A stretch of 64,000 nt of DNA. Source: Octopus vulgaris. Its lineage: Eukaryota. Where the stretch lies: contig OX597815.1 of the NCBI GenBank assembly GCA_951406725.2, positions 18,166,001 to 18,230,000 of the forward strand, in the 5' to 3' direction. The position numbers and the translations under genes were made by a program. How positions within the stretch are numbered: position 1 is the first letter of the stretch; every line of letters begins with the position of its first letter. This document shows, piece by piece, positions 14,150-27,897 of this stretch. The notes beneath the pieces are model-generated. The model ran no database searches. It saw nothing but the letters and a program-made list of their open reading frames with translations, and was not told where the DNA came from.

Positions 14150-15911
14150 GTCGATTAAACAAGCCTCAGTACTTGACTGGTTCTTCGTTTTATTGATCTC
14201 ACAGAAGATGAAAGCATAGCTGAATTCGGCATGATTTGAACTTAACATAAAGAGCTTGAACAAATACCGCAAGGCATTTTATCTGATGCTCTAACCATTC
14301 TACAACTCCACTATCATAATAATCTTTTCTATAATTGGCAAATATCGGTTGGTGGCTGACCTTGAAAAAACAAACCTGAGTATTGAGTGAAAATGTCTAG
14401 TAATCATGGTTTCAAATTTCGGCACAGGGCCAGCAATTTGGGGGGAGGAGGTAAGTCGATTACATGAACTCCAGTATTCAACTGGTACTGATTTTATCGA
14501 TATCAAAAGGATGAAAAGCTGAGTCGACCTCGGTAGAATTTGAACTCAGAATGTAAAGACCGACAAAATACCGCTAAATATTTTACCCAGGGTGCTAATG
14601 ATTCTGCCAGCAAATGCACAAACACTCGCACATACACACATACACAAACTCACACCTGTACAGGTAGATGCGAACGTATCCACATAAGTATGAATTGGCG
14701 CATACATATTTGTTCAAAAATTATTAAGAAAAAATACGATAAAATATACATTAATTGAAACAAGATTTAAGGAAAGGTAATATAACATGAATGATTACTG
14801 GTTAAGATGAATAGGGAACATCATGATCACATTCAATTAATCATTTCTCAAAATGTATTCGAGTGCAACTGAATGCAGCAGTGATCGTCCTTTGAGACAT
14901 TAGGTTCTGAAAGCCGCAATAACTTTAGGGAGGTTCTCTTACAAGTTCAGTTCAGTTTAGTGCTATAATTTTAATTTTGCAGACAGTTTGTGTCGCAAGT
15001 AGTTTATATTCGTAGCCTGATTGTTTATGTGTCCTCACAACTCCAGGTACATAATTTTTATTTATTTACAGGTCTTGCTAAATTTCTTTTTGGGGTGGGG
15101 AAGGATTAATTTATTACATCGACCCCAGTACTCAACTAGCACTTATTTCATCGATCCCGAAAAGATGAAAGCAAAGTCGCCCTCGTCAATGTTTGAACTC
15201 AGAACGCATAAAACACGATGAAATGCTGCTAAACATTTTGTCCGGCGTCTTAACGATTCTGTCTACTCACCACCATAATGATAATGATAATAATAATTTT
15301 TTCTACTCTAGGCACAAGACCTGAAATTTTGGGGTAGGGGACCAGTCGATTATATCGACCGCAGTACTTGACAAATACTTAATTCATCGACCCCGAAAGG
15401 AAAAAAAGTAAAGTCGACCTCGTCGGAATTTGAACTCAGAACGTAAAGACGGCTGAAATACCGCTAAGCATTTCGCCCGCTGTGCTCACGATTCTGCCAA
15501 CTCGCCGTCTTAATAATAATAATAACCTTTTCTACTCTAGGTACAAGGCCCGAAATTTTGGAGGAAGGGCGAGTCGATTACTTCGACTCCAGTGCGTAAC
15601 TGGTACTTAATTTATCGACCCTGAAGGGATGAAAGGCAAAGTCGACCTCGGCGGTATTTGAACTCAGAACGTAACGGCAGACGAAATACCTATTTCTTTA
15701 TTACCCACAAGGGGCTAAACATAGAGGGGACAAACAAGGACAGATATAGGTATTAAGTCGATTACATCGACCCCAGTGCGGAACTGGTACTTAATTTATC
15801 GACCCTGAAAGGATGAAAGGCAAAGTCGACCTCGGCGGTATTTGAACTCAGAACGTAACGACAGACGAAATACCGCTAAGCATTTCATCCGGCGTGCTAA
15901 CGCTTCGGCCA
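14150..15911 (-). mobile_element. Run of minus-strand family A SINEs (~14150-14300, 14410-14610, 15080-15275, 15300-15510, 15527-15911 dimer)
   Basis: Repeated GTCGACCTCGGCGGAATTTGAACTCAGAACG and reverse Meta-like domain. Confidence 0.85.
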
Positions 15912-16255
15912 ATTTCCATTATTGGTTTTGGACCCAAGATCATAGGTAACAGTACAAATGAAAAATACAGTGGGTTGAGTATTTACGTTCACCATTCATG
16001 ATAAAAATGAGAAAATTAGCAATAAAAACAGAGTAAGAATAGAAAGAATTATGGATAAGACAAACAATTAAGAAGAACAAAATTGCAAGCTTTTCTAAAG
16101 GAGGGACAATAATAGTGATAATAAAACTGGAAAGTCACACCTCCACAGATTTTTAAGTTTACAATTGTATATATTAAAGAGAATAGATCTTCGAAAAATA
16201 AATTGAAGTAAATTGGAAAATATGTAGAGGTGGGCAATCAATATATTTTTTAGCT

Positions 16256-16670
16256 ACGTGGCTATGTGGTAAGTAGCTTGTGTACCAGCCACATGGTTCC
16301 GGGTTCAGTCCCCACTGCATGGCACCTAGGGCAAGTGTCTTCTGCTATAGCCTCGGGCCGACCAAAGCCTTGTGAGTGGATTTGGTAGATGGAAACTGAA
16401 AGAAGCCCGTCGTATATATGTATATGTATATATATATGTGTGTGTGTGTGTGTTTGTGTTTCTGTGTTTGTCCCCCTAGCATTGCTTGACAACCGATGCT
16501 GGTGTGTTTATGTCCCCGTCACTTAGCGGTTCGGCAAAAGAGACCGATAGAATAAGTACTGGGCTTACAAAAGAATAAGTCCCGGGGTCGAGTTGCTCGA
16601 TTAAAGGCGGTGCTCCAGCGTGGCCGCAGTCAAATGACTGAAACAAGTAAAAGTGTAAAAGAGTGAAGAG
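16256..16670 (+). mobile_element. tRNA-derived SINE family C with internal TA/TG microsatellite
   Basis: GTGGCTATGTGGTAAG...GGGTTCAGTCCC head, GGGCAAGTGTCTT, TAAAAG-type tail; homologous copies at 28335-28710 and 28870-29065. Confidence 0.85.
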
Positions 16671-17872
16671 TATCTGGATGCGAGTAGGTTCGTTTTTGAT
16701 ATGCTCATCTATTGTTTATAATAAATATATATATATATATATAAAAAGAGAAGAGGTAAAAAGAGGCGGGAAAAGGAAGCTGCACGTATAATACATAACT
16801 TAGAAGCAGCGCTACAGATGTACCAACACACACGAGATTGAGACATAGCCGACCTCATGCACTTCTCACGAGGATTTCCGGAAGGAGCTTCGTGAGACCA
16901 CTTCTGAGACGCTTCCGAAAAACAGAAAAGCCGTTGGAAAACCGATTAGAGCAACGACTCCATCTAAGAATATCTCAAGAAGGAATTGTATTCCGAAATA
17001 TCATCGGACTATGGATAATTAAATTACAACAGGTATATAGTTCATTTTTAAAAATATTATAGTGCATTGTTGTACCATTCAAAACATTTTATTCTTTGAA
17101 GTAAATCGTTTATAAGATATCGTCTATAACCCCAGCCCTTAGAATTTTGGAATAAACAAGTGAAAACTAATTTAAGATGATGAGAAAGCAAGATATATTT
17201 TAGAAATCCTGTAGTTAATGTCACAGAAATGCCATAAAAATAAATAGAAAATATATTCAAGAAATGAAGAAATATATTTAAGAATATATTCAAGAAATGA
17301 AGAGGTAAACAATTTTATAGTAAGCAATAGATAAATAACATCCCTTAGCTATTCGTTCTGCTTTTGGTACGAGTTCTGTATTGTCAGGTTAATAGGTCTC
17401 TGATTAAATATAGTAATATATCCACAATAAAGGTGACAGCACTAACATTAAATGTGTCTACTCGGAAGTAGTATCAAGAGGCAACTAATTGAATACAATA
17501 ATCCTAATTTAATGCGGTGAAGATCAGCAGATATATTGACTGGAAATGAATACGGATAGATATGTAGCGTGTTTACAAAGTGAACTTATGCAGTGTGGAG
17601 GTGTCAAGATTTTCTGAAATCAATAACGATCTCATAACATATATAAATATATTTGTTGAAGAGTGCTGATGGGCAAATAGTCCATAAAAACGGAACAAAG
17701 TTGAAGTAGGGGAGCGAATGATAAAATTTCAATATTTCCTACGTTCTTAGTCGGATCGGTATTTATTACAGATATTCGATCGAAACTCTTCAAATCGGCT
17801 ATAAATGATTTCATTAATAATGGTTTCATTAATTATTGTGTCATTTGAAACTTATTACTCAGTGTGCGTGCA

Positions 17873-17992
<120 letters not shown>

Positions 17993-18108
17993 TATGCATA
18001 CATATTCTTTTATATGTTTCAGCCATAAGGCTGTGGCCATGCTGGGGCACCGATATGTATGTAAGAATGTATGTATGTATGTATGTATGCATGCATGTAT
18101 GTATGTAT

Positions 18109-18290
18109 AGGGAGAGTTTACGAAAAATAAACAAAAGACGAAGACAGGTAGTGTACAAAACAAACAGATGTATTAGTATAACGCTCAGGAATAGAAAAAG
18201 TCTTTTACGTTTCGAGCCTACGCTCTTTCACAGAAAGGGAAGAGAAAAAGCAAGGAGAGAAAAAAGGAGAGAAAAATATGTATAGTGGCT
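18109..18290 (-). mobile_element. Short Penelope-like terminal-repeat element with hammerhead-like motif (family H1)
   Basis: Near-identical to 36071-36258; minus strand CTTT-CTGTGAA-AGAGCGTAGGCTC-GAAA-CG-TA-AAAG at 18202-18237; abuts TA/TG microsatellite. Confidence 0.7.
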
Positions 18291-18359
18291 GTATGTACCT
18301 AAACTATGTATTTAGCTATCTATCTATAATGTTATTTAGAAACACCTCCAATTGCTTCA

Positions 18360-18620
18360 AACACGCCTTCTATCTCTGACAATATCCTTTCCAATACACA
18401 CGAACACTGCGCTCAGAACTTGTCTCTATATTCACCAAACTCTTCAACTTTTTGTTCTCTGGAGGATATACACCATGAAATTTGGAAACACGCTTCTGTG
18501 TCCTATTTCAGAGAAGGGTAACCTCTCTGGCCCGGCGAAGTATCATCTTATTGCCCTCACCCTTCAACATCCATAAATTAATGGAAACATCTATTAAGAA
18601 TATCGTCCTCTAATATCCTG
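18360..18620 (+). pseudogene. Degenerate CR1/Jockey-group LINE reverse transcriptase fragment
   Basis: Frameshifted translation SELVSIFTKLFNF...WKHASV...PISEKGNLSGPAKYHLIALT resembles the WKxAxVxPIxKKG...NYRPIAL start of LINE RT. Confidence 0.6.
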
Positions 18621-19682
18621 AATAACTCTCTCTTCAGAGATCACAACTATTGCTTCCTCAAAGCCAAATTCAGTGGAAACATATTCTTTTATGTTATTTA
18701 ACAGTAGCCTCCGCCTTAAAAAAGTTTTTGAAAGTAATTTTATTGCCCTAGTTTGAGCAAAATTTTCGACCGTTTTCAGTATGCAAATTTCCTACAAAAA
18801 CTAATCTCTTATCTCTAGGATCGATAGCTACTATTCAATAACAGCATCGTAACATGTATAGCCCGTCGTCTTTCTGTCCCACTTCCAATCGATTCTGGTA
18901 TTCTCCAGAGTCAGCTTTTGTTCCTCGTTTTTGTGCTAATTACATGTTCTTCATTCCTCCCTAATTTTCTCTAACAATGCGTCATCCACACGTGACCGAG
19001 ACATCTCACGCGAAATCTGCATTTGATTCCGTAAACAGAATCCAGCGGACGGAAAAAACCCCTCACTGAATGGAATATATCCGTAATTTGATGCTCCAGC
19101 CTTGTCTCTGTGTATTGCGCTGATTCTACATGTGACGACACACAGGCGCACGCTCACGCAATCATCTGTACACCAAGCAAAATAAAATAATTTTATCATG
19201 AAGTATATTTTAGTAACCATTTCAGTCTTTTTGACCTTTTCAACTAAGAGTAAAATAAGAAAAATAATTAAATTGAAGAAAAAATTAAATGAGATATTTT
19301 GTAAATATTTCCATAGTCTTCAAAGAGGTAGGACATTTTCCTTTTTTTTATGTCTCTCTCTTTCTCTATGCTTTTGTGAAGGATTGGTGGGTAGTAGTAG
19401 ATCTAAGAAATAGTTTTTATGGGTACAGAGAATTGATGGTTTAAGCAGCAGCAGCAGAGGGAGAAGAAGAAGAAGAAGAAGAAGAAGAAGAAGAAAAGAC
19501 GGGAGTGGTATGTCAGAGTAGACTTTTCGTGGAATCATCTTTAATGGTCAAGTGACCTAAAAGTGACCCGTTGTGTTGTAGCAGAAGTGGTTGGAATTAT
19601 CTGTTATGAACATATCTATCGTTTTTGATATTTGTGTGGGTATTATTTTAAGATCCTTATAGGAGTGTCATCTGTGGTGGAA

Positions 19683-20060
19683 GCCTTCAAAAGAGGCATA
19701 TATTTTGCGATAAAATATGATTCTTAGCTAATGCGCTGATTATAGGTTGCATTGTCCCTGAATGTACAGAGGGGAAACATTCCAAAGTTAGGTTATTCGT
19801 TAGTGGCGCAAATGTCGATGTGTTCACTTAATGCTATTTTTCTGTATTTTCATATTTTAATCTGGGGTTTATGTACGGTCATCGTCTGGCGTAGACTGTT
19901 TTTAGTTTGACCAATGTATTGTTCTTGACATTTCTTGAGCAAGTTAATACATATATTAGGTTTTCGAAGCGCATGTGAAGTTGTTTTTCACTGTAAATAT
20001 TACATATTTTCGTATAAAGTCATAGCTATTCGGAGGATACACTTATAATTACGTGTTTCC
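19683..20060 (-). pseudogene. Penelope-like element GIY-YIG endonuclease remnant
   Basis: Manual translation across frameshifts/stops: FTVKNNFTCAS/ENLIYVLTC/CQEQYIGQTKNSLRQTMTVHKPQI/SEHIDICA...ESYFIAKYMPLL. Confidence 0.8.
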
Positions 20061-20379
20061 TTGGCCAGATGTCATTGTTGGTATTGACCATCATCTATCA
20101 ACCTGTGCTTCATGTCTTTTTATTATACAATGTTATAGAACAAACAGTTTATCACAATCTTCCAGTGCTACATTGTTATTGACTCAGTGGGACATTCAGT
20201 TTAGTAGATTCGGTATGTGGTTCAATGAACAAGCTTCTATCTGGTCGCTCGATATATTAGAAATAGTGACAAAGTCTATGAAAACCTGCTCTACGGTCTA
20301 TAACCAAGACTGAAGATGCATTATATAAGGCAGTTTGAGATGCAACTGTGTGAAACAGGACGGTCACAGCTAGAATTAT

Positions 20380-20690
20380 TCGTGGAAGCGTCATCCAACC
20401 AAAGTACAAATATATGGGAAATTACCACCTGTATCATCTCTTGTGAAAGGTAGAAGAGTCCAGTTTGCTGGACATTGTTGTAGAGCTGAAAACGAGGTAA
20501 TTTCTACTCTTCTCCTCAAGAAGCCATCTGCTCGCGGTACCAGAGGGCGCACACTCTCCTACCCTGATGTAATCTCCAGGGATACAGGAATCCAGCAACA
20601 GGACCTCCGTAATGCTATGATGGACCGTGAAGTCTGGCGTAACATAGTAAATTCCATTGTCTCGACCACGGTCGAACAATAAAAAAAATA
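20380..20690 (+). pseudogene. 5'-truncated RTE-group LINE, ORF C-terminus
   Basis: SWKRHPTKVQIYGKLPPVSSLVKGRRVQFAGHCCRAENEV...DREVWRNIV; stop followed by A-rich tail. Confidence 0.75.
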
Positions 20691-20947
20691 TAGATGTGTT
20701 CAACTAGGATTGACATGATGCAAAAAAACCCCCAAAAACAACAACTATAAATAAAAGCAAAAACAAAACAAAAACCAACGTTCATGACCGTGATGTGTTT
20801 TCAAACGAAGAAAGCAGTGTGGGTATATATACTCATCTGTACGAGAAATCCACGTCACCCGAATTATTTTGAAGTCCTCATCACGACATGCTTGGAGGAT
20901 CACTTGCTGCCAGTTAGGTCGTGCATGTATGTGTGTGTGTCATTATA

Positions 20948-21222
20948 CATCATCATCATCATCATCATCATCATCGTTTAACGTCCGTTCTCCATGCTAG
21001 CATGGGTTGGACGGTTCGACCGGGGATCTGGGAAGCCAGAAGGCTGCACCAGGCTCCAGTCTTATCTGGCAATGTTTCTACAGCTGGATGCCCTTCCTAA
21101 CGCCAACCACTCCGTGAGTGTAGTGGGTTCTTTTTACGTGCCACCCGCACAGGTGCCAGGCGAGGCTGGTGCCTCAACAGGTCTTTGTGTCCAAGGGAGG
21201 AAAGGCATGCATAAGTGGGCTT
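20948..21222 (-). mobile_element. RTE-related non-autonomous retroelement/SINE 3' part
   Basis: Minus strand GGTTGGCGTTAGGAAGGGCATCCAGCTGTAGAAAC and tail CATGCTAGCATGGAGAACGGACGTTAAAC(GAT)n; same tail on + strand at 46469-46518. Confidence 0.75.
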
Positions 21223-23128
21223 AATGTGTGTGTGTGTGTCTGTCTGTGTGTGTGTGTATACATACACGCACACACATGCATATATATTACTCCTACTCTC
21301 CTTTTAGTTTGAATCACACTTTATCTTCCCCTGTTTTCCTTTCCTGACTTCCTTTTAAGCTAATATTGCCTTCATCACTCTTAACGCTTCTCCCTTTTCT
21401 CCTCTACCTTATACTTTCCTCCTACTGCCTCATCTTTATCTCTCTTGTAATTTTCTCTTTCCTTCTTATCTCCTCGCCTCGTAATCATTTCCTTTGCCCC
21501 TATCTCACTTATTTTTTTTTTTTCCCTTTTGCTTTTTCTCTTCTGCGCACTGTTTCTGCTTTTCAATGTTTTACGTACACACGCACACCTTTTCTTCCTC
21601 TTAATTTTGTGAAGAAATTAGCCAGTTCATTAGAATTCACGGGTAGCTTGAACAATCAATGCCGCAAAGATTTTTTTTTCTTTTCTGAGAAATAATTTGC
21701 TCTATATATATATTTTTTCTTTTTTTTTCTTTTCTGATGCATCTTTTAATTGTGATTCAGTTCTTTGTTGGAATCGTCTTTGAACAATCTCAGCTTCGGA
21801 AAAAAGGATTAAAACTACGTTTTCTTGAACATCTTTGAAAATAGAAATTCGAAAGCCGTCTCTTTATTGTCCTTATATTGGTAACGTCAGCCTTGATGTT
21901 CGAATTCTAATGCTAAATGAAGATTGATTGCGGTAAGCGATCAAACAGCTCATTAGTGCTTTTACTACTGCTAGAATTTATTGAACCTTGCTTTCATTAT
22001 CCTTGATGTAAGCGACGCCTCTGGCAAAAGCAATATTAACGGCTGGGCCACGGTCAACTACTGCGTAACACACTCCTTCAAAACTTTGCTCGTTCGTCTT
22101 TCATTCATTAAGCAATAGAGAATTCGGATCGGTTTTCTTTAAGTTATTCCCAAGAGTATTATTCCTCTAATCCATTCGATTTCTTGCTGCAAAAATCTAG
22201 TTCTTTCTCGGCTTAATTTCTTTTCGGAGAATAAAAATATAAAAAAGGGGGAAAAAGTCTTATGAAATCACCGATAAATTTCGATTGACCAGGCGCTTCA
22301 GTTGAAGTTTATAACATACCCTCATCTCATGCCACTCGGAAACTGGATTCATATACCCTCTCTTTTTATTGATTACGACTGTAGAATTATATTATATTAA
22401 ACTCCAAAGCTGTATTAGATTTCTTGGAAACCCAGTGGGATATAATAGGTACATAGAAAGGAAAAAGTAGGAAAGAAAAAATGAAAACTTGATACGACTT
22501 GTTGATATCAAATAAATGATCTAAGTAAGATATCAGAGATATGATAAATCTTAAGGGATATTAATTAATTGATGGGTGTGAGGAAGCAGGGTGAAACAGG
22601 TTATTTCATTTGATATATAATCGATATAATCAATGGAATGAGATGAGAATGGCATGAGAGCATAAAATCACAGGCAAGACAATCGACTACACGAGAGGAA
22701 TCTGTTGAACTACTCTCACGCCTCCTATTCGTAAAAATGAATGAAGACGTTCTACAATTTCTAAATAAATTCAGTATCAGGTGGGAGGTAAGAGGACTTA
22801 GTTCGCTATTTTCAACATAAATCAACTAAATATATATTATACTTCAAACTATATTAAGTAATTCCGATGCAATATATGTTTAATGTAAAAGTTTTGGAAC
22901 CAAACGTTCGTATTAAACTCCCAAGACGTTAAGTAACATGGAAATGTAATTTGAGTTACATAGAATTATTTTTACTGCCAAAAAAAAAAAAAAAAGGACC
23001 ATCTTTTATATCGAAGCTGATGAAGGAACTTCAATGGTAGAAATGATATTAACGTGACACGTTAAACTCTCGTACTTGAGATACTGTACCCTTTTCAAGT
23101 ACGATGTTTATTATATTTGGGGGTTAGT

Positions 23129-23364
23129 AAGGCGGCGAGCTGGCAGACACGTTAGCGCGCCGGGTGAAATGCTTAGCGGTATTTCGTCTATCGCTACGTT
23201 CTGAGTTCAAATTCCGCCGAGGTCGACTTTGCCTTTCATCCTTTCGGGGTCGATAAACAAAGTACCAGTTTCGCACTGGGGTCGATGTAATCGACTTAAT
23301 CCATTTGTTTGTCCTTGTTTGTCCTCTCTGTGTTTAGCCCCTTGTGGGTAGTAAAGAAATAGGT
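23129..23364 (+). mobile_element. Family A SINE monomer
   Basis: Complete head, Meta-like domain and tail. Confidence 0.92.
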
Positions 23365-25842
23365 ATATGATGCCCAAACTGGTGTCATGTACCAACCCCG
23401 GCAAAAATTTAGATTGCATTAAAGTAACGTATTTTGCCACGGAAAACAATTGTTAAATGACAAATGCCCAAGCGTTAGATATACATTTTATTTTAAGTGA
23501 AAGAAAATGGAAGGTATATGTATGTCTTATTTGTGAAGATTAAGTTGGTTATAAAAAAGGAGTACTATGAGGCACTCTGATATTTGTCAAAGAACAAAAA
23601 ATACAAGAAGCTGAATGTCTCTGACAAGAATCTTCGTGGAAATATCAATCTCATTTTAAAATGATATATTTATAAAAAAATACTTTCATAACATAAGTAT
23701 TTCACGAAGAGCGTTCGACACCTCGAAAAAAAGTGAAACACATCTTGTTGTTAAAGAGCATATACTTGAAAATATTAGTTTCTGGTAAAATAAATTATAT
23801 GGAAACTGATAAAATGTGTGTCATATTCGGTAGTTACAGAGGAGACAACATACATAGGACAGAGTTGCTCATACTGGTCGTAGGACAAAGGCGAACTTTA
23901 CAATATGGAAAAAATTATTTACTTTAAAATCAATGCATGGTACTACCGAAGGTCATTAAAGGTAATTAAAATCGTGTTTTTTGCTTTCAAAAATAATGAT
24001 TTCGATTAACCATACAGAAAAAACGAAAATGACAGAAAACCCGTGGGCGTAATGAGGATCGGAACTTCATTCATGATAAGATCTCAAGACTTTTAGCTTT
24101 AACAAAGAAAACTGAACGGACATAAACTGGATTTTGATATGATAATTTAATTGTTTTATTCACCGGCAAAATATGTGTGCACATTCTCTTAGGATGGAAA
24201 ATGTGATAAAGTGTCAAGATAATTTATTAACTTCATAACAAAAGGAACTGAACAATGGTGAGTTGAAAGAAATTATGGTGATCTATTGTAATTCTGTATG
24301 GTTTGTTGGCTATGCAAAGGGCGTATGCTCAAGTACTTCCTTGAACTACAGTTCAAGGAAGTGCTTCAGCATACGAATTCTTCATAAATTTTGGAACTAT
24401 TTCTATCAAGGCTTTGCCTGTCCAAAGTATTTTCATAAGTTTTTCCTAAACATTCACGCTTGTTTTCAATTTTTTTAGCTAGCCCTTGTATCATACGTTC
24501 CGAGTGATATAAAGCTTTGCCTTTAGAAGTCCCACGTTACTCTGGTGGTTGAAAACATTGGGAATGTGTATCATATAAGATGCATGGACACAAGGGAAAT
24601 ATATCCTGTGTGTCACATGTGATACACGAGATAGACAAAAGGTTTATTGAAATGATTATGCAGTTTTACATTTTAGGTCGACTGGCCGCAGAAATTATTT
24701 TAGTTTGAAATTATATGAACTTTTTTCTTCAGAAATGTAAATAAACCCAATCTGTTTCTTAAACGAGGGACATATTCATACGGCACAGAATGTTTTTTTT
24801 TGTTACCTCAATAGACGTCATTGATTGGTTGAAATTGCAGAAATTGAAGAAAAAAAACAACAAATATCTTACAAACTATAGAATTTTCTCAATAAAGCCA
24901 AGAGAAAAAGATGTTTTATCAACACATTCTACCAGTATACGAAATTTAAAAGTGTTTAGTTACGTGGAAAGCATTTTAAAAAACTGCCGGTCAAACCGAA
25001 AAGATCCGAACTAGGGTTAAACAATAAGTAGATTTCGTAGAAATGTTAGTATAATTAGTGAATGAATTAGGAAACAATACATTACTAGTATTTATTATAT
25101 TATCGGTACGTGGTGGATGAAAGAAGATAAGATACATGGGCTCTGGTCCACGAACTCCTTCTATTGCCACTAAGCTGAACCAGTTATTTTTGCCACACTA
25201 ACTTAGATTCAATATTAAACGAAGCGTGTCGGCAATTATTTAGATCGTTTATTGGGTTACACACTACCACGCTTAGTAGATAGTATAAACAGTGTATCAA
25301 AAGTGAGTTAACTGCAGCAACATAGAGGAAGTTATACACGAATCAATTAATTAGGATCTGTATTAGTTTCCATATTAACCATGTATATATGCTTCTCAAT
25401 TCAATATTGGAGATTCTGAAAAAGTGGTTTTGTTTCCTTTGTCAGCTTAAACCTCAAGTTCATATTGCTGGGGAATGAAAAAAAAAAAGACTCGTACAGT
25501 TCAGAGATTTAGGTGGCTGTGAATTGGTAGAGTTGTTAAAGAAGCTGGTCTTCAAGGCGTTCGCCACATATCTAATACAAATGCATCATTTTATCTTCTG
25601 TATCGCTGTTATATACATTACATTGTTAGTGAAGACGGCATCACAAAAATCACACAGAAAAAACAAAAGAAAATCAGCTCTAATCAGTTGCGAAATTCAC
25701 ATTGGATTATTTCTCGTAAAACTGCAACAACACACAAATAACGTAGAATAATTTCAAAAGAGTATCATCTAGATGGACAAATATTCACTTGCCCCTTTTT
25801 TGAGGTCCCACCACTACTACTACTACTACTACCACCACCACC

Positions 25843-25881
<39 letters not shown>

Positions 25882-26985
25882 GTTTCTACTCCCTTGAACT
25901 AGCACGATGCAAACCCTGCTCTTCCTAAGTCACCTGCTACATCCAACTCGACTTCTCACCGTTTATTAAATCTCACGTTCCAAATCCATACTAAGAATTT
26001 CCTAATCTTTTCATGCTTTAATTGGTTAATTAGAAAAAAAAAATATCTATGCAGAGGGAAATTTATTTCCCCTTCTGCTGGAAATGCTGTCATCCATTTT
26101 CATTTAAAAGTCCATTATTTTTCTAGCTTTAAAGTTAGTATAAAATGACTAGCTGTTCGACTAAGCACAGAGTACAAGTGGCCTAAACATCACTCAAAGA
26201 AAATGTTGATTTTTTCTGCAGTCAGTTTTCTGTTTATTCTCATGCAACCCTCTAATAATTAATCTATCTTTCAATTATTACTAAAATAGAATTTTAATTT
26301 TGCACAGATACATTGCAATCTCGTTAAAAATCATTTTACCGCGTCACACTCCCATATAACGGTTATTAAATTCAATCTCATTCAGCATGGCCGTTGGCTA
26401 ATTTCTGATATTTAACCTCTGATATGACTCATGTTCGTGCCTTGTATAAACCTTAAAATAATAATTCATTTTACCAAATATAATAATATCCCATTTTGTT
26501 TTATGCAATTTCGAATAATTTCTGTAAAATTCTTTCAGAATTCAATTACAGAATTATTCACTTCAGTCAATAAATGCTTTGAGGATGGAGGAGGGTGTTG
26601 ATTTAAACAAAATTAAAAGTAAACATTGATATTTGTGCAAAGAACAAATTTTGATTGTAGAAAAGTCGAACAAATTACAGGAGATAGAAATAGTGAAACA
26701 TTATGAGATGAAAGAGGAGATGGGTGTGTGTGAACTGACATACTCGTGTGTAAGTGTGTGGTAATGTAAGTGCGTGGAATTAATGTGTGTGCTTGCCTGT
26801 GTTTATGAGTGTGCGTGTCAGGTCACTTACGAGTGCCACTGGTAACATAGTCAGGTACAATCTGAGAAAGGTTCACAAAGTTAGTTGAGTCTCCACTGAA
26901 TTTCAACTAGATAGCAGCATCCAAACACAAGATGATAGCAACCAGCAAGGGACTAGTGTAACCTACTATACAATGCTAAAGAGTC

Positions 26986-27281
26986 AAGCTAGTTTAGATT
27001 GACAAGTCCAACTACTTGAGCTAAGCTAGTTTAGATTGACAAGTTCAACTACTTGAGCTAAGCTAGTTTAGATTGACAAGTTCAACTACTTGAGCTAAGT
27101 TAGTTTAGATTGACAAGTTCAACTACTTGAGCTAAGCTAGTTTAGATTGACAAGTTCAACTACTTGAGCTAAGCTAGTTTAGATTGACAAGTTCAACTAC
27201 TTGAGCTAAGCTAGTTTAGATTGACAAGTTCAACTACTTGAGCTAAGCTAGTTTAGATTGACAAGTTCAACTACTTGAGCT
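26986..27281. repeat. 37-bp minisatellite x8
   Basis: AAGCTAGTTTAGATTGACAAGTTCAACTACTTGAGCT, 296 bp = 8 units, two single-base variants seen. Confidence 0.97.
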
Positions 27282-27475
27282 CCATTGTTCGAGAAACAGT
27301 GAACTGCGACCAGAAAACCAGAGCAAGCCCTGTTTGAGGAAGATCAGCCTTGAGGTCACGCAATAAAATGTGGAGACACTGCACCGTCAGCAAATACATG
27401 AAGCTGTAAGTTTCAAAAACCCTGGTATGATCATTAGCTATTTATAGATATGAAGCATGGATCTTAAGTGTGACT

Positions 27476-27776
27476 TCCTTCTCCTTCTCGAGCCATGCCT
27501 GGCTCATAAGGGCCGGTTTCCCGGTTTCCTTGGCGTATAGGTTCCCCACCTGGACGGGACGCCGGTCCCTCGCAGGTGAGCTGCAAGATGCAGGAGGAAA
27601 GAGTGAGAGAAAGTTGTGGCGAAAGAGTCAGCAGAAGTTCGCCATTACTTTCTGCCGGAGCCGCGTGGAGCTTAGGTGTTTCGCTCATAAACACACACAT
27701 CGCCCGGTCTGAGGTTCGAACCCGTGATCCCTCGACCGCGAGTCCGCTGCTCTAACCACTAGGCCATGTGCCGCCA
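27476..27776 (-). mobile_element. tRNA-derived SINE (family D)
   Basis: Minus strand TGGCCTAGTGGTTAGAGCAG...GGTTCGAACC head; TSD CTTAAGTGTGACT at 27463-27475 and 27777-27789. Confidence 0.9.
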
Positions 27777-27897
27777 CTTAAGTGTGACTGACACCAAAAG
27801 ACTGAAGAGGTTCGAGATGATGCGTTACAAGTGATCACTGTAGGTTAGTTGGATGGCCCATAGAACGAACGATTGAGTTCCGGAAATGAAACAAAAT

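Noticed and set aside
17057-17800. Possible Penelope RT remnant on the minus strand
   Set aside because: Similarity too weak to support by eye
18951-19220. 89-aa minus-strand ORF or exon
   Set aside because: No recognisable domain and phase-incompatible with the downstream candidate exons
23017-23060. Hammerhead at CTGATGAAGG...GAAATG
   Set aside because: Stems I-III cannot be formed
25497-25570. Minus-strand exon YVANALKTSFFNNSTNSQPPKSLN
   Set aside because: Plausible splice sites, but joining to the next candidate exon creates a stop; no homology recognised
26986-27281. CRISPR array (37-bp repeats)
   Set aside because: Repeats are contiguous with no spacers, no cas genes, eukaryotic context
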